A DNA stretch of 62,971 nt, the filler included, from Phoronis australis (Eukaryota; Animalia; Phoronida): assembly GCA_002633005.1 (NCBI GenBank). It is 9 parts of 9 records of this genome, joined end to end, with 100 filler letters (N's around TTAATTAATTAA, not from the genome) between each part and the next. Parts side by side here need not be neighbours in the genome. Positions count along the whole stretch, not along the records: positions 35,622 to 54,979 come from NMRA01001445.1; 8 more parts are not named here. One strand, 5' to 3'. Below, piece after piece: positions 38,156 through 52,000 of this stretch (positions are counted from its first letter, which is position 1; every line of letters begins with the position of its first letter). Under the pieces are notes generated by a model. That model made no database searches, was not told the DNA's origin, and worked only from the letters and a program-made list of their open reading frames with translations. The position numbers and the translations under genes were made by a program.

Positions 38156-39530
38156 GTGACCCACCACGACAAAATGAGTCTTAAGTCGGAAACTCAATTT
38201 CCTGACAAGACTGCAAACAGTCGCTATCGGTTAAAATTAGGTCAAATTTTTTTATTGCAGATTATGATTATTTATTCATTCTACTCCACAAAACAATACT
38301 TTAAAACGATCAAACTTCATTTTAAACCTTATTTATTTCATTTTGAAAAACATCACCTTCTCCACGACTGCATATCTCGTGAAATTTTCATCGAAATTTG
38401 CCGGTTTTCGTGTCCTCATTGATCAGTCTTCCGATGACCCAATTTCGCTCGTAAACACATCAACAGAAAGGTCAAACTCTGCTCATTATGCATGTAGTAA
38501 TCTCTTTGAGTTTTTCGTCCAATCATAAGTCGTTATTTCACTTTTTGCATTCGGGGTATTTTCAACAGAAGTGTCACTCACCAGTCTTTTAGCTAGCAAC
38601 GACCTTTTAACCCAATGCATCGCTGACCTCATTCGCTAGAACTAGTTAAGTGGGCGTGAAACCGTGAGGTCGCGAGCTAGGTCACGGCATGTTTTCAAGA
38701 CAGTAAGATGGCTGGTCGCCGTGTAGCTGATATCTCAATGATTAACTCTTGCCTCTGACTGCCGTATCAAGATCAGCGAGAATTAACTGAACTCAACAGA
38801 GCACATTTGTTGATTGAGACAAGGAGGAATTTCGTGACAGCGACGAGTCGTCTGACGGCAGCAACTCGTCGCCAGATGAGTTTCATGATCGACCCATCGC
38901 GAATACGGTTGCGTTGGATTCCAAGTCGTTGGATTGGAACAAACAGAACTTGAAGAAAACAGTCCGGATTAGCTTAATCGCACAACAATGTCTTGTATCT
39001 GCAAAGCCAGTGGATCGGGGTGCAAGCAGCTGAATATTACTGCAAGAGAGAACAATCTTCGATAGGGCTGAATCACTCGGTGAGAAGTCGAGGAAATCGT
39101 TGCTCTTCAGTCAGTGTCAGTGGACTTGGATAGGGATGAGTGATTGTCATTTTTTCAAAATTATTCACACTAGCGTAAAATTTTGAATTATTTCGAACAA
39201 AAATCAGCCACGAACNTTCTAATTTTTATTACTTTTATTTGTTTATGTTGTTGTGCATACTAATAAGTCTGAAATGTAGCATTCAACTGCAGATTGCTAT
39301 GGAAATTTTAAAGACACTGTCGGCACTTTTCGTCGGCCATTTTCCTTGACTTTTGAAAGCTCTAAATTTTCGCTTTCCCCGAACAGAATTGGCAATAACT
39401 CGGTCATTTCTGAAGATAAGGACATGTTTCATAGCTCAAAATGATCAGAAAACACTGCGTTTTCAGAAAAAAATAACTATTAAAAAATGACAAATCCCGA
39501 CTTAAGACTCATTTTGTGGTGGTGGGTCAC
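38156..39530. mobile_element. Non-autonomous TIR element with AATT TSD (Sola1-like) in a KRI1 intron
   Basis: AATT|GTGACCCACCACGACAAAATGAGTCTTAAGTCGG ... CCGACTTAAGACTCATTTTGTGGTGGTGGGTCAC|AATT gives a 34-bp TIR with one mismatch. Confidence 0.85.
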
Positions 39531-39835
39531 AATTTTGAAATGATTTTCATCAGATTCTTTTACTCTGGGACTTCAGCACAACTTTGACAAAACCAGATGC
39601 ATTTTTAGTAAATGAAACAAGATCTGATAGCAAGGGTTTGCTTTGAAAATTCTCTTGTTACAAAAAAAACCCAGCAAATCTTCATAGAGTAATTGTAACG
39701 ATACCCATGACAAAGACAATGTTTCTGTTTATACGTTGTCTATCTGATCAGGTTCAAGCATTAGAGAGAACTTTAGCTGGATGACACAGTCTAATGGAAC
39801 ATAATATCAGTGACTAAAGACAGACGCCAACATAC

Positions 39836-39965
39836 AAACTCCTGGTCGTCCTCTTCAAATCTGAAGTTAAATTTCCTCTCAAACGTTTCCTGTTTCTCCA
39901 GCTCTTGTTCTTCATCATCAAAGTCATCGTCATGGTCGTTGACAATCTCGTCATATGTTGGGATT
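39836..39965 (-). CDS. KRI1: KRI1 homolog exon
   Basis: ttttAG/GTatgt; encodes IPTYDEIV...EKQETFERKFNFRFEEDDQEF (FE.K.NFRFEE motif). Confidence 0.93.
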
Positions 39966-40136
39966 CTAAAACCAAAATTTCAATGGAGACAAATCCTCAT
40001 TTTAACAGCTTTTAATATAATCTTGGCTGAGCTTTTGATAAAAATGCAAATCGTGATGCTCATCAGCAAAAGGTTAATTATGGAAGATTGATTGGTGCTA
40101 AGAACATTGGGTACAGCACTGGTCATGAATGTTTGT

Positions 40137-40580
40137 TCGACCAGTCAGCAGCATCAAGTTAGCGGACAACAGCAGACTGCACAACTATTGCAATTCCAGC
40201 ATTAAGTCAGTGACCGGCAGCAGACCACATAGCCCAATGCAAATCAAATATTAAGTCAATGACTGGCGGCAGACCTCACAGCTCATTTCAATTCCCACAT
40301 CAAGTCAGTGACCAGCAGCAGACTGCACAGCGGGTTGCAATTCTAGCATTAAGTCAGTGACCAGCAGCAGACAGGACAGCCGAGTGCAATTCCAACAATA
40401 AGTCAGAGACTGACAGCGGATCCCACAGCCGGTTGCAAATTCCAACATTAAGTTAGAGACCGGAAGCAGACACCACAGCCTACTGCAATTCCAACATTAA
40501 GTCAGTGGCCGTCAACAGACTCCACAGTGAATAGCAATAAGTGAGTGGCAGCAGACTGCACACTATTGCAATTCCAACAC
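40137..40580. repeat. About 49-bp minisatellite, about 9 copies, in a KRI1 intron
   Basis: AAGTCAGTGACCAGCAGCAGAC...TGCAATTCCAACATT units start at about 40204, 40253, 40302, 40351, 40400, 40450 and 40499. Confidence 0.9.
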
Positions 40581-41048
40581 AACTTCAATACAGTCACTCT
40601 CTCGAAAACTTCACTTAAAAATCCTGTTGTCAAGCCACATCAAGGACTTTTTATTGTTTTATTGCATGCAAACGAATTTACAAAACACCCGTCAGTATGT
40701 GGTGATGATTTGCTATGTGTCCTAGATTATTGACCAACCACCGTAGTGGGAACTGAATTATCAACTCTTAGCAGCCTGGTTGGAGTGGACTAGTCACATA
40801 AAAGTTCGTGACCAGTGCTGTTTACTATTGAAAAGCAAGTGAATAAAGCTGCACATCCACAGGAGAGTGTTAGTGAGATAAGGACCCCAGATTACCACCA
40901 CCTGCATGCCTGCCTCAACACACTTCGTTCAGCTGTTGTTTCGCAAGCAACAACCACTGAGTTTCGAGCCTTTCATCGTGCAAACAAGGAACTACACAAA
41001 ATTTATGAAATACAATAACACATTGCACTCTAAAAGTTCTTGAACTCA

Positions 41049-41219
<171 letters not shown>

Positions 41220-42363
41220 TCAATTATCAGTTTGGGTAGCAGAAAAAGCCTTTGTTTGATTCCAATTTTTAGCATGTGTATGAAGGTTGTTCACTAACTT
41301 CTAAGCCTATTCTTCCACAATCCAAGCACAGTTAAAAACATTAGGCTCCAAAGCTCAAATTTTTTTGTTTGAGTAAGAAGACAAGTCCAGAGTGTTGCAA
41401 TGTGTACAAAGCCAACATTGTTGCTCAGATAATGCAACCACGACTTCTTCACCTGTTGCTCTGTCGAGAGTCCCTAAAACTGTACCTGGTAATCATAGAT
41501 AAACTAGACAAACTTTGACAGAACTCTGGATAAACATCATGCCAGACTTATTCGGCGGACAAGTATAATCGAACTTTTGTTACAATAAAATGTGGTTTTG
41601 TCGATTTTTGCTGGGGTTTGCCGAGATTTTATGGCACACATCCGCTTATTGTTTGCTCATGTAATGAACTTGCATGACTATGGAAATGTAGACGGAGCAG
41701 CACTTGTCGAGATTTTGTTGAGATTTACCGAGAACTGAAACAGATTCTAGTCCAAAATGAATGAAGTCGCAGTTTTGCACACTAAAACATTGCCAAAGCT
41801 GGACAATGTCCAGTCTGTTTTGAAAACTATTGTACATTTCCGACTTACTAACTGACCTTAAACGAGAGCTAGAACACAAACCAGAAACAAGAGTTAACTA
41901 GATAATTGGCTACCTTGGTTACCAATTTCCACTTATTAATCAATGATCCAAAAATGTATATTTTTACAATCCTTGATGATCACAGAATCTTGCATGAAAG
42001 CAACTAAACAAGATTGTTCATATTCAAATGACTGACTTTTTTAAAATTGTGACTTTTCAGAGAAATCGTATTTTCCACAGGCATTAAGATTTCTCATGAA
42101 ATTTGAAAATCCGTATATTCTTTTTGCTACAACCACATGATCTTCTTTCAAGGTATTTTAGCCCAAGAGTCAATTAGCTTATTATCCTATGGCATTATTT
42201 TAGTATAAGGTCCATGCATGAGGAAATGATGCAAACATTAGGTCAAAATCACTTTCAGGTTCCTGCACTTCAAAAACCAGTTTGAAGTCCCGTCACAGTA
42301 AAGGAAAATGGTTCTCAAAATGCGAGACCAGCGTAAGCAACTACTACCGGAAATAGTACCCAC

Positions 42364-42447
42364 CAATTGAGTACCAACATCCTTATCACTCTGCAAGTCA
42401 TCTGTCTGTCCCTTGAGCCAACATAAGTATTCCTCTTCTTCTTTTTC
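42364..42447 (-). CDS. KRI1: KRI1 homolog exon
   Basis: ttttAG/GTgggt; encodes EKEEEEYLCWLKGQTDDLQSDKDVGTQL. Confidence 0.88.
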
Positions 42448-43569
42448 CTAAAAATGCAAAAGCATCATCATGATGATACGGATTGTAACTACACACTTGG
42501 AACCTTCATAGCTTTTGATTTGTAGTTCAATATTAATTTCTTCAAAGTTTCAATGCCAACAAACACTCAAAAAATTCACACACAACACCAACAGAGACTA
42601 TCAACTAACGATGTTAAGTGTAAATGCAATGCCATCTTAAACAGAACATTAAATTTTCTTAAATCAACACTGTTCATTAAACATGCAACAGTGCTTGAGA
42701 GTCACCCTTCCAATTCCAAGTATTTCATACCTAGAATAACAGAGACAGTCATATTGCGCTTGCCTCTCCAGAACGTGTGTCACAATATCAATGAAATATC
42801 ATCAATTGAAAGAAATCATTGCATTGAGTATTTTAAAGGTCCTGTCATACTAAAAGATAGTGCTCAGTATGATTTCAGGGGGAAACAACATGGGAATAGA
42901 CTTGGCATTGCACAAATGGAGTGAAAACCTTGTGGACAGTGTGAAATGCGATCAAGCTTTTGGCCAAAGTGGCTGGTTTCCGACGTGCCCCAGTTGGCTT
43001 AGTTAATGAAGTGTTTAGACAAGTTCAGATGCTCTGAGAACAAGTTTCGTCTAGCAGGGGCTTAATCGATAAATGCAAGACTCAAAAGTTGTCATCGCCA
43101 CAACATCCCTTGAGGTGATGTCTAAATTTGGCGAATGTGGGAATATTGCCGTTAGGATTTATTATGATTCAATGTTGCATGAGGAACTATCAAAAATAGG
43201 ACTCGATTTTCATGAAAAAATAACTGAAGTTGCATAAATACAAAAAATGAAATCACGATAATTTAGAAAACTAGAACATCGTTTTTGAGATTTCATTATG
43301 AACATTTGGTTGTGTTATAGATGCCATTGTTTTGCTATCAAATAAAAATGTACCTTTCCTTTTTTGCTGAATTATTCCAAAATGACATGTTCACGTGACC
43401 CCATTAATGTCAGATTATTAAACTGTCAAAAGCCGATTTCTATAAGATTTCTACTTTCAGAAAATATGCACTTCTGTTGATTTGAAATCTATAGATTTAT
43501 AGATATTTAACTAAAAACACAGACATGTCGACAAGATATTACATAATTAATAAAAGTAAGACAACTTGC

Positions 43570-43645
43570 CTCTTCGTCTTTTGTCTTTGTACGCCTTGTT
43601 AATATTTCATCATCTTCACTGTCTGAAGCCACAGCATCTTGGAAA
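43570..43645 (-). CDS. KRI1: KRI1 homolog exon with a GC donor
   Basis: ttcAG/GCaagt; encodes (S)FQDAVASDSEDDEILTRRTKTKDEE. Phases fit both neighbouring exons. Confidence 0.85.
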
Positions 43646-44056
43646 CTGAACAAATAAACAGGGGTGCAGGATTAATTCAAGCACATGGTTGACATAGCAA
43701 CACGGAACATGTTCTGGTCAATAAAGTGGCCAATAAAGTTCAGTTTAAGTAAAGTCTGGCGGCAGTAGAGCAAGTGGGCAAAAGATTAAGATTTGAAAGG
43801 AGGCACTTGGTGTATTTCAGTACAGATTTCTATTGCAAAAACATGAAAACGACAAAATCATCTCATTTAAGACCTGATACTAAAACTAAGACTTTTACAT
43901 GACTCCCAAGTACCACCTTTACGGGGGATTGGTGCCGAAATAACTTGCATTTAACATGTGAATACGCAAGCAAAGTAAAATATATCCGGTCGATGAATCA
44001 TGATAATCAGCAAAGTTCAATCACTCTAAAAACAAACAAGCTACAATCATGTTTAC

Positions 44057-44137
44057 CTGGCTTTCAGCTCTAACTGTTCAGACGTGTAAGCATGAGGAAG
44101 GTTCATCTGCTCCTGGTCTTCATCCTCGCTCAGTTTG
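44057..44137 (-). CDS. KRI1: KRI1 homolog exon
   Basis: ttcAG/GTaaac; encodes KLSEDEDQEQMNLPHAYTSEQLELKA; phase 2-2. Confidence 0.82.
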
Positions 44138-44561
44138 CTGAAATGGCCAGTACAGAGAAGCTTTAGTTAGAAAATACCATCTAATTCAGCTCACATAAAT
44201 CTCTCAAAGTCCAGTTTCAAGTCACCTGTGCAAGTCATTAACTAATATATAACATTCGTCTGTGTAAAGTGAGGAAAGCCAGAGAGTATAATTCAGGACG
44301 CATTGAACTCGATCTGCAGCAAAGTTTATGCCCTCCGAATATTTCCAATGTCAATGACCACCACGTGATTGGTCAATGTCTGAGTGCAGTTTCAAAACAA
44401 ATAAGAAGGTCATTTGCCAACGTCAAATAGTGAGGAATAGTTGAATAGCTAAACTAAAAACAAATCTTATAACTCCACAATCAATGCATGTGGTCCAGAA
44501 ACCATACAACGGAATAGAAATCAGTGGACGAGATCACATGCATCATATGTTCAAAACTTAC

Positions 44562-44676
44562 CCGCCCTTTTCCAGTATCACCTGTCTCTCGTAGTCCTTC
44601 AGGTAAACAGGTTTATCTTTCTTCTTTTTCTTCCTCTTCTCACTTGACTCTCTTTTGCCCTGGCTAGACAATTCTT
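44562..44676 (-). CDS. KRI1: KRI1 homolog exon
   Basis: tacAG/GTaagt; encodes ...KKKKDKPVYLKDYERQVILEKGG. Confidence 0.9.
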
Positions 44677-46027
44677 CTGTAGACAGACAAATAAGAAAGT
44701 GGCCCTGGTCAATCTCGACCATAGAGAACGGCTATCAATGAGCTGATAACTACTGACACGGTAACTTAGGTTGGGACACAATACATTTCAATGGCAAGTT
44801 TTAGTTTACTTAGATTTGGTGTTAATCGCAGGTGAATTCAACTTCTGTAATAACAACAGTGAACACTTGTTGTTTTTCACAGCATTACGGTGGGGCGCAG
44901 CACGTTAGGTATCTTTGAGAACTTAAACCCCCACCTGATCGAGTTTCATTTGAATTTTAATTTGCAGATTTTTGGGCCTCCAAGGTGTGCAAAGTCCCAT
45001 TTTCAGTAACTGCATTGCTTTCCATTCCTTCATGACACTGTCAGCTCCATTTTTTTAATACACACACAGTACCTGCTTTAAAAGGATAATAAACCCTGTT
45101 TAGGCAGTTTAAATCTATCCTTGTTCTGTCACCTACCAATGTAGCACTGTTGTCTCACTCGTGCGGTAAAAACAGGATTCAACTAAATGCACAAAGTCCA
45201 TTGTCAAAGATCGGATATTGATTCTTGTTGGGTAGTCAGTCATTCCCTAACAGCTCATGTGAAGCTCAACTAAAGGGTAAGTCACATATTCCATTAAGAA
45301 GACTTTGTAAGTTTTCCGGAAAATTTGCCCGTAATTTTTTAGGGTTGTCGAGGATGATAGGGCATTACTTTGGTGGATGGGAAAGTCATTTTTAATAATT
45401 GTAAATAGGCCAAAGCCGAGTTTGGTATCCTTTTAATACAGGAATTCAAGTGCATTACTTCATCTGGTACTTGGAAATCAATGGTAAAGGCAGCATTATA
45501 TAATCTCAATGTGAACAGTATTGTGTACTGGGTTAATAAATACATTCTTGACAGGCGTACTTCTTTGGTCTTCCAATGGGTTCTTATTCTTTGAATTTCA
45601 AATGATCACAACAAATGACCTGGGAGTCCCCAGACAGCCACTCTGCATTCATTTGACAATTGAATCTAAACTCCCGTGACAATCAACTGGTCTCAAGCTG
45701 AGCAATAATGACCTGCCTAGAAGAGAAATCGTATCTGTTCTGACTATTAAAGCCAAAGACGGGTGTGACTGTAGCATTAAGATGAGCGTAATTTTTACAG
45801 TAAGTGGGATTGCATAACAGGAAGAGCCAGACTGCATAACAGTGAGAGTCAGATTGTATAACAGTAACAGTCAGAGTGTATACCAATAAGAGTCACAGTG
45901 TATTAGTAAGAATCAAGATTACAGTAAAATGAGTCTAACACTAAGATGCCAAAATATCAAATGGTTTTTTGACAAAAATCCACTTAAAAAAATAATTAAT
46001 GCACAGTTCAATCGATACACAATTTAC

Positions 46028-46133
46028 CTGTGTCATGATAGAAGAGCACGGACTTGTCATAAATTTTTGGATCTTTCGCCTTCAGTGCAGCCAAAGTTTT
46101 CAACCAGTCTTTCTCAATCTGTGGAGTCAAACC
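46028..46133 (-). CDS. KRI1: KRI1 homolog exon
   Basis: ccctttcAG/GTaaat; encodes GLTPQIEKDWLKTLAALKAKDPKIYDKSVLFYHDT (KDP.IY motif). Confidence 0.92.
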
Positions 46134-46413
46134 CTGAAAGGGAAAATGCATATTTTTGTCTAACTTCAACAAAAAACAGGCACCAGAAACGATATACCAT
46201 TTAACATCTTGCATGACATTCATAGTGGACAAAATGCTTTCTTAGTGTTTGCAAATTCTTCATTAAATTAGTCTTTATTTTTCCACAATTAAAGAATTGA
46301 ACCATTGCCGTTCGCTCAAGTTGTAACAGTGAAATCATCTTGGAGCATTCTAATTGAGATACAGCTATCAATAAAAGGTATAATCAAACAACAAATAGAG
46401 CATGAAAGCTTGC

Positions 46414-46490
46414 CTCAGCAGCTTCATCTTCCGATTCACTGTCGGAACTCGACTCAGGGTGAAGGTCAACATCACCGTATTTATCTTTCA
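46414..46490 (-). CDS. KRI1: KRI1 homolog exon with a GC donor (first visible)
   Basis: tttcAG/GCaagc; encodes (L)KDKYGDVDLHPESSSDSESEDEAAE. Confidence 0.85.
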
Positions 46491-46759
46491 CTGAAAGTAT
46501 AGAGAGCAAGGTGACAAGAGATGGAGTGAAATTTGTTTTCAGGACAGCTCATAATACACAGAAATTAAAAGTGCAAACATACAGACACGCAAAAAGATTC
46601 AGCACTGGATACATGAGGCGATCATAGTTGGCTTTTACAAAATTTCATGAATGTAGGTCAGAGGGTTTTGGAGGTAGAGCAGCGGATGCCAGACAGACAC
46701 CAGATGCCTGACGGAGATGACAGCATATTGCGTCCACATATAAACATGCAGGTGCATCA

Positions 46760-47110
46760 AAATGACCAAATCCGTATCAACTGATGGCCTAATGAAAATA
46801 TGGACAGGTCCGCATCGACTGAACGCCTCATGAGAAAATGGACAGGGCAGTATCGACTGATGACCTCATGAAAAAAGGACAGGTCCACATCGACTGATGG
46901 CCCACTGAAAAAATGGACAGGTCCGTATCGACTGACGACAAAATGAAAAAATGAACAGGTCCATATTGACTGATGGCCTAATGAAAAAATGGACAGGTGT
47001 GTATCAACTGATGGCATAATGAAAACATGGACAGGCCCTTATCGAATGATGGCCTGATGAAAAAATGGACAGGCGCGTATCGACTGATGGCCTAACGAAA
47101 AAGGACAGAT
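46760..47110. repeat. About 38-bp minisatellite, about 9 copies
   Basis: AAAAATGGACAGGTCCGTATCGACTGATGGCCTAATG-like unit; GGACAGG occurs at about 46802, 46839, 46877, 46915, 46991, 47029 and 47067. Confidence 0.9.
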
Positions 47111-47461
47111 CCCTACATGCCAAATTTAATGAAAATCCACTGAGGACCCCCAAAGGTAAGTGTAAAACAATAATATTTCCATGAAAGCGCAAGGAAAAAA
47201 TTGAAATTATCAACAAGTTTATAAGACGATAAACTCGGAACTTTCGGTCACATTTTTCGAGTTGAGTACTTTTGGGCGAATAAGATTCAGGCAATCTCAG
47301 GTCTCAATTCGAGATGTCGTGCTCACCAAATGGCACCCAGCAGTAAATGTTCAGCAACAAAGTGACTTTTTAGCAAATTACTGTTTACTTACAATACTAT
47401 TCTCAACAAAATTTGACTGTATGAGGTTTTCCATAATAAAATCAAGTGGCCTGATAAACTA

Positions 47462-49044
47462 CCGTAAACGTTCGGGTTAACGCCCTGGGCGGTTAAATTG
47501 GCAAACCCAAAAAATCGGGGGTGGGCGGTTAACCAGACATGGGCGCTTAAACGTAAAACTTCAAAAAATCCAGGGTGGGCGGTTAACCGAACATGGGCGC
47601 TTATTATGACAGGCAAGCGCCCTGGGCGGTTAATCTTACCTCGTGATCTAAGTACCCACACCACACACGTAGTCGTAGGCCTACTCGGAACGCGTAGCAC
47701 TTTTCAGAGCGTTGTCACGTTGCCCCATGACGGGAAGAATGTCATAACAGCGGATGATCCTAACTAAAGTTATCATGCCCTCATATTAGTTATTCACTAT
47801 TAAATTTACAGAATTGACGAGTAATAGCTCCGTGCCGTCCTGCGGTCCTGTTATTTAGCCCTGTAGTGTAGAGCGCAGACGACCAGTGACCACGCAGCCT
47901 CTACTTGGATTGCAACTATTTCATCTTGCTAAAGTGCGCGCGTGCAAGCTTCACGTGTTGCAGAGGTCACAGCAGACATCAGATTTATGGTTACAGTCTC
48001 GTACTAGCTGCCAAGTTCATAGTCAGAGAGAGCAGCTTTAAAATTGGTTGTAATAAAAGTTTGAAAACCTTAATTCAGATGTTTTTTGTCGTGTGCCACT
48101 CGTCAATCGAGAATAAAATTTCGAGCCACGGCATAAATGTGTGATAAAACGCTACAAAACAGCGATGTTTCAATTTATAAACGATCACCTTACCAAACTT
48201 CGTGGTGGAAAAACATTTATTTTTCATGCAAGATGTCCAGATTATCCTATTTATATCACTTGCAATATCGCACTGCGGCACTGTTCGGTCCCGTTGTTAG
48301 CGTGGCCTCTTTCAATATGCATCTCGTTTTTTATGGCCAAAGATAGCGGCGGGATTCAGCACGCGCATAGGGCCTATGTGCGAGTGTCAATCACATGTTG
48401 GTGTCATGGTAACATACACTCCGAAGTGTGGGAACTTGCGCGCGTACACCACTACAAGTCATATATCAAAAGAGAATAGCGACAGTCCTAAGTAACAAAA
48501 ACGGGCGTGATTATATACTTCATTGTCTCATTTCTCTGGCCTGATTTTTCGAATATATGTTTTATCAAGTGCACTGCAGACGAAAACTCAGCGCGGCAGA
48601 CAAAGTCGCTGAAAGCGGAGGTTTTGACGCCGGCGGCATTCTTAAACTTTGCAAACATGGGAAGAAAATAAAGTGACAAAAACGTTCAAGTATAATATTT
48701 TGAAGTGAGTTCATGACCCAAGACAATAACTCGTTACTTGTATAATTGCAATTCACATTGCTAAACGACCGTCTCGGAGGCCCGGCGTCATTGCGCTCAT
48801 TGTGATCATCGATCTTTTTCTAAAAGTTGGGGAATCGCGCGTTTCCTTAGCACTGGGCGCTAAATCTTCATTCTTTAAAAGTCGGGGATGGGCGCTTAAC
48901 CGAGAGGTGGGCGCTTAACTGGAAATCTTCAAAAATCGCAGGGGGGGGGCGCTTAACCGAGCAGTGGGCGGTTAAATCGAAAATCCACCTAAAGTAGGGG
49001 GTGGGCGGTTAACTGAGCATGGGCGTTAACCCGAACGTTTACGG
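47462..49044. mobile_element. Complete 1.58-kb non-autonomous Tc/mariner-like (Tc2/pogo-type CCGTA end) element
   Basis: TA|CCGTAAACGTTCGGGTTAACGCCC ... GGGCGTTAACCCGAACGTTTACGG|TA is a perfect 24-bp TIR. Multiple subterminal GGGCG(G/C)TTAA motifs are present and there is no transposase ORF. Confidence 0.9.
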
Positions 49045-52000
49045 TATATCAATTAACACCCAAAACGGTTCAAAACAATATAGGCAAGTCCTATGGCAAT
49101 TGCCCTAATCAAAAACGTCGAAAGAGGCAAGCAAATCTAGAAGGAAGCGTTCACTTGGAAAATCCCTTCTTAAAACAATATATCTGTAAGTTGCAAACAA
49201 AAATAAAATGCATTTTGTCTTCAATCAAATTTTGGTTGCATACTTCCCATAATCCTTCACTTAATGGTAGGGACGTGACAAAAAAATTCAAATTCTTATT
49301 TAATGTTTAAAAATGGGTTGATTTAAAAAAACACCAAAAACAGATGCAAACAAAAAAAATTAACAAAATCCGTTGAGCCGTTGACTTTTTATGAACGTTT
49401 GAAGAGCAATAATTAGCCCTTTTTTTAGTCCACTGAATACATGGGAATTAAGGCGCATTGATGTGACCCAAAATTAGTTTTTTCACAATAACTTCCTCAA
49501 TACTTTTAATAACAACATGAAAATTTCAGGATATGACAATCCTAGCATTGACTTGGTGAGAGACATTTTTAAGACAACAAAAAATTCCAAATTCCAAAAT
49601 GGCGGACAATATGGCCACCATTATGACTGTTTTACGTTAATGAACTATATGGTGTAATATACCATTAACGAACTATATGGTGTAATATACCAAATGATAG
49701 GTCTTTTCATTGCTTTTTTGAAGAGAATGATGAAAAACATGTTCAGGCAATATTTTCGACATTTCCGCAATAGCTACCAAAATGGCTGCCAACATTACTG
49801 CGTTAACGACCACAAGAAGAGATTGATTCAGTAACCATGATGTACACGTAATATATGAATATTAAAGGTGTTTTTATGAACTGCAAGGATATCATACAAT
49901 TGGGTTATGCATACATGTTTATTTTGTACAAAATGGCTGCCAAGATGGCTGCCTCCCATAACAGAAAAGTAGTTGTAGTATTACAATTTTACAAGACAAA
50001 TGAAACCAAAACGAGATTCGTTCAACTTTAAGAACAAATTTTTGCTTGACCACCAACAAGACTACCCAGAGGTTCAAAAGTCCATCTGTAACAAATACAA
50101 GGGCACACTAAGTGCATCGCACAGATACAAAGGATCGTCATTATTTTAATCCCACTAGGGGGTACAATGCGGATGGAGCAAATGCACTAGAAAATTTAGG
50201 TAATGCAGAATACATCAAATATGTCTCAGGGCTCAACATTAACTTTTGAAGCCACTTGCCCTTCGGGCAAGTAGTTGAAATTTTTACTTGCCCGAACAAC
50301 GAATTCACTTGCCCCAAGTACAATCCCAAATAGCACTGCGCATGTGCACACCTACTGTAGGTAATGTGTTACCGTAGGGCTGCCTGTGCTGAGCCTCCTC
50401 TTGTGTTGTGCACGCTACATACATGAGTTACTATTTTTTTTAACGATTCTGCTTATAGAACATTTATTTATAAGGTGTGTCAAAACACTAGAGACAAATT
50501 AGAAGAGTAACTATGGTATCTGAACCATTGTCACACATTCACAGGCGCCTAAATGAGCTAGGGCATGAACTCTCGACACTTCTGCGTATTCATTAGTTTA
50601 TACGCCCTTATGCATTAAACTTGAGTTNNNNNNNNNNNNNNNNNNNNNNNNNNNNNNNNNNNNNNNNNNNNNNNNNNNNNNNNNNNNNNNNNNNNNNNNN
50701 NNNNNNNNNNNNNNNNNNNNNNNNNNNNNNNNNNNNNNNNNNNNNNNNNNNNNNNNNNNNNNNNNNNNNNNNNNNNNNNNNNNNNNNNNNNNNNNNNNNN
50801 NNNNNNNNNNNNNNNNNNNNNNNNNNNNNNNNNNNNNNNNNNNNNNNNNNNNNNNNNNNNNNNNNNNNNNNNNNNNNNNNNNNNNNNNNNNNNNNNNNNN
50901 NNNNNNNNNNNNNNNNNNNNNNNNNNNNNNNNNNNNNNNNNNNNNNNNNNNNNNNNNNNNNNNNNNNNNNNNNNNNNNNNNNNNNNNNNNNNNNNNNNNN
51001 NNNNNNNNNNNNNNNNNNNNNNNNNNNNNNNNNNNNNNNNNNNNNNNNNNNNNNNNNNNNNNNNNNNNNNNNNNNNNNNNNNNNNNNNNNNNNNNNNNNN
51101 NNNNNNNNNNNNNNNNGCTGACAACTTTTTTGGAGGCATTCTGAAAATATAAAAAAGACATGTAAGAAAATTAACATACCAATGTACAGTGTTATAATAT
51201 ATTTGTTGAACACCAAATGATTCAGACTGCCTTGTCCTGTAATTACTATTAAACACTCACTACGAACCCTAAAACTAAAGTTTGATTTTTTTACACTGAT
51301 GTGCAACAAAGTGAAAAACATTCTACTTAGATGAGCAACACAAAATGCATTGATTTATCATTTTTCAGAAAATTGAACAGTTTTAATTCCTCTCCTTAAT
51401 AAGTGTACTTCAAGAACTTGAAAACTACAGATGTAAAATTCTCCAGTTGTGGACACAATATCATGTCAGGCCAGTGGAATTATGTTTTGTCAAATACCTC
51501 AAGAAGGTAAAGGAATCGATGTACCTACTCAATGATTTTCCAGGCACCAACTTAACTTTTGAAAGAATGACAATATCAGCAACTATTCTTGTCCCAAACT
51601 GATGAATTTTTTGAACGTGTTTGATTATAAAATCATTACATGTTATTCAATGAAAAAATCAACAAAAACACTGCTGTCATATGGAATTGACAAACTGTGG
51701 TTTTATTTCATAAAAAAACAGTAAAACATGGCAATATTGTGAAGAAAATCTAGCCAAAATCACACTTAAACATTATCAAAGAATTCGGGTTTTGATCACG
51801 TGACCAAAATTCGCCGGACCAAGATCACCTATACTACACCTTACAAAGTCATCGATATACAAAAAATACACATGAAAATGTATGGAACTTCATCCAAATT
51901 GATCAATTCTGCTATTAATTTACATAAACTAGTCAATCTACCTAATTTAAGAGCAATTGTTAACCATAAACGGCAATGCTGATACACTGGTCCGTAATGG

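Noticed and set aside
50598-51321. Long ORFs in the track
   Set aside because: They are artefacts of the N run.
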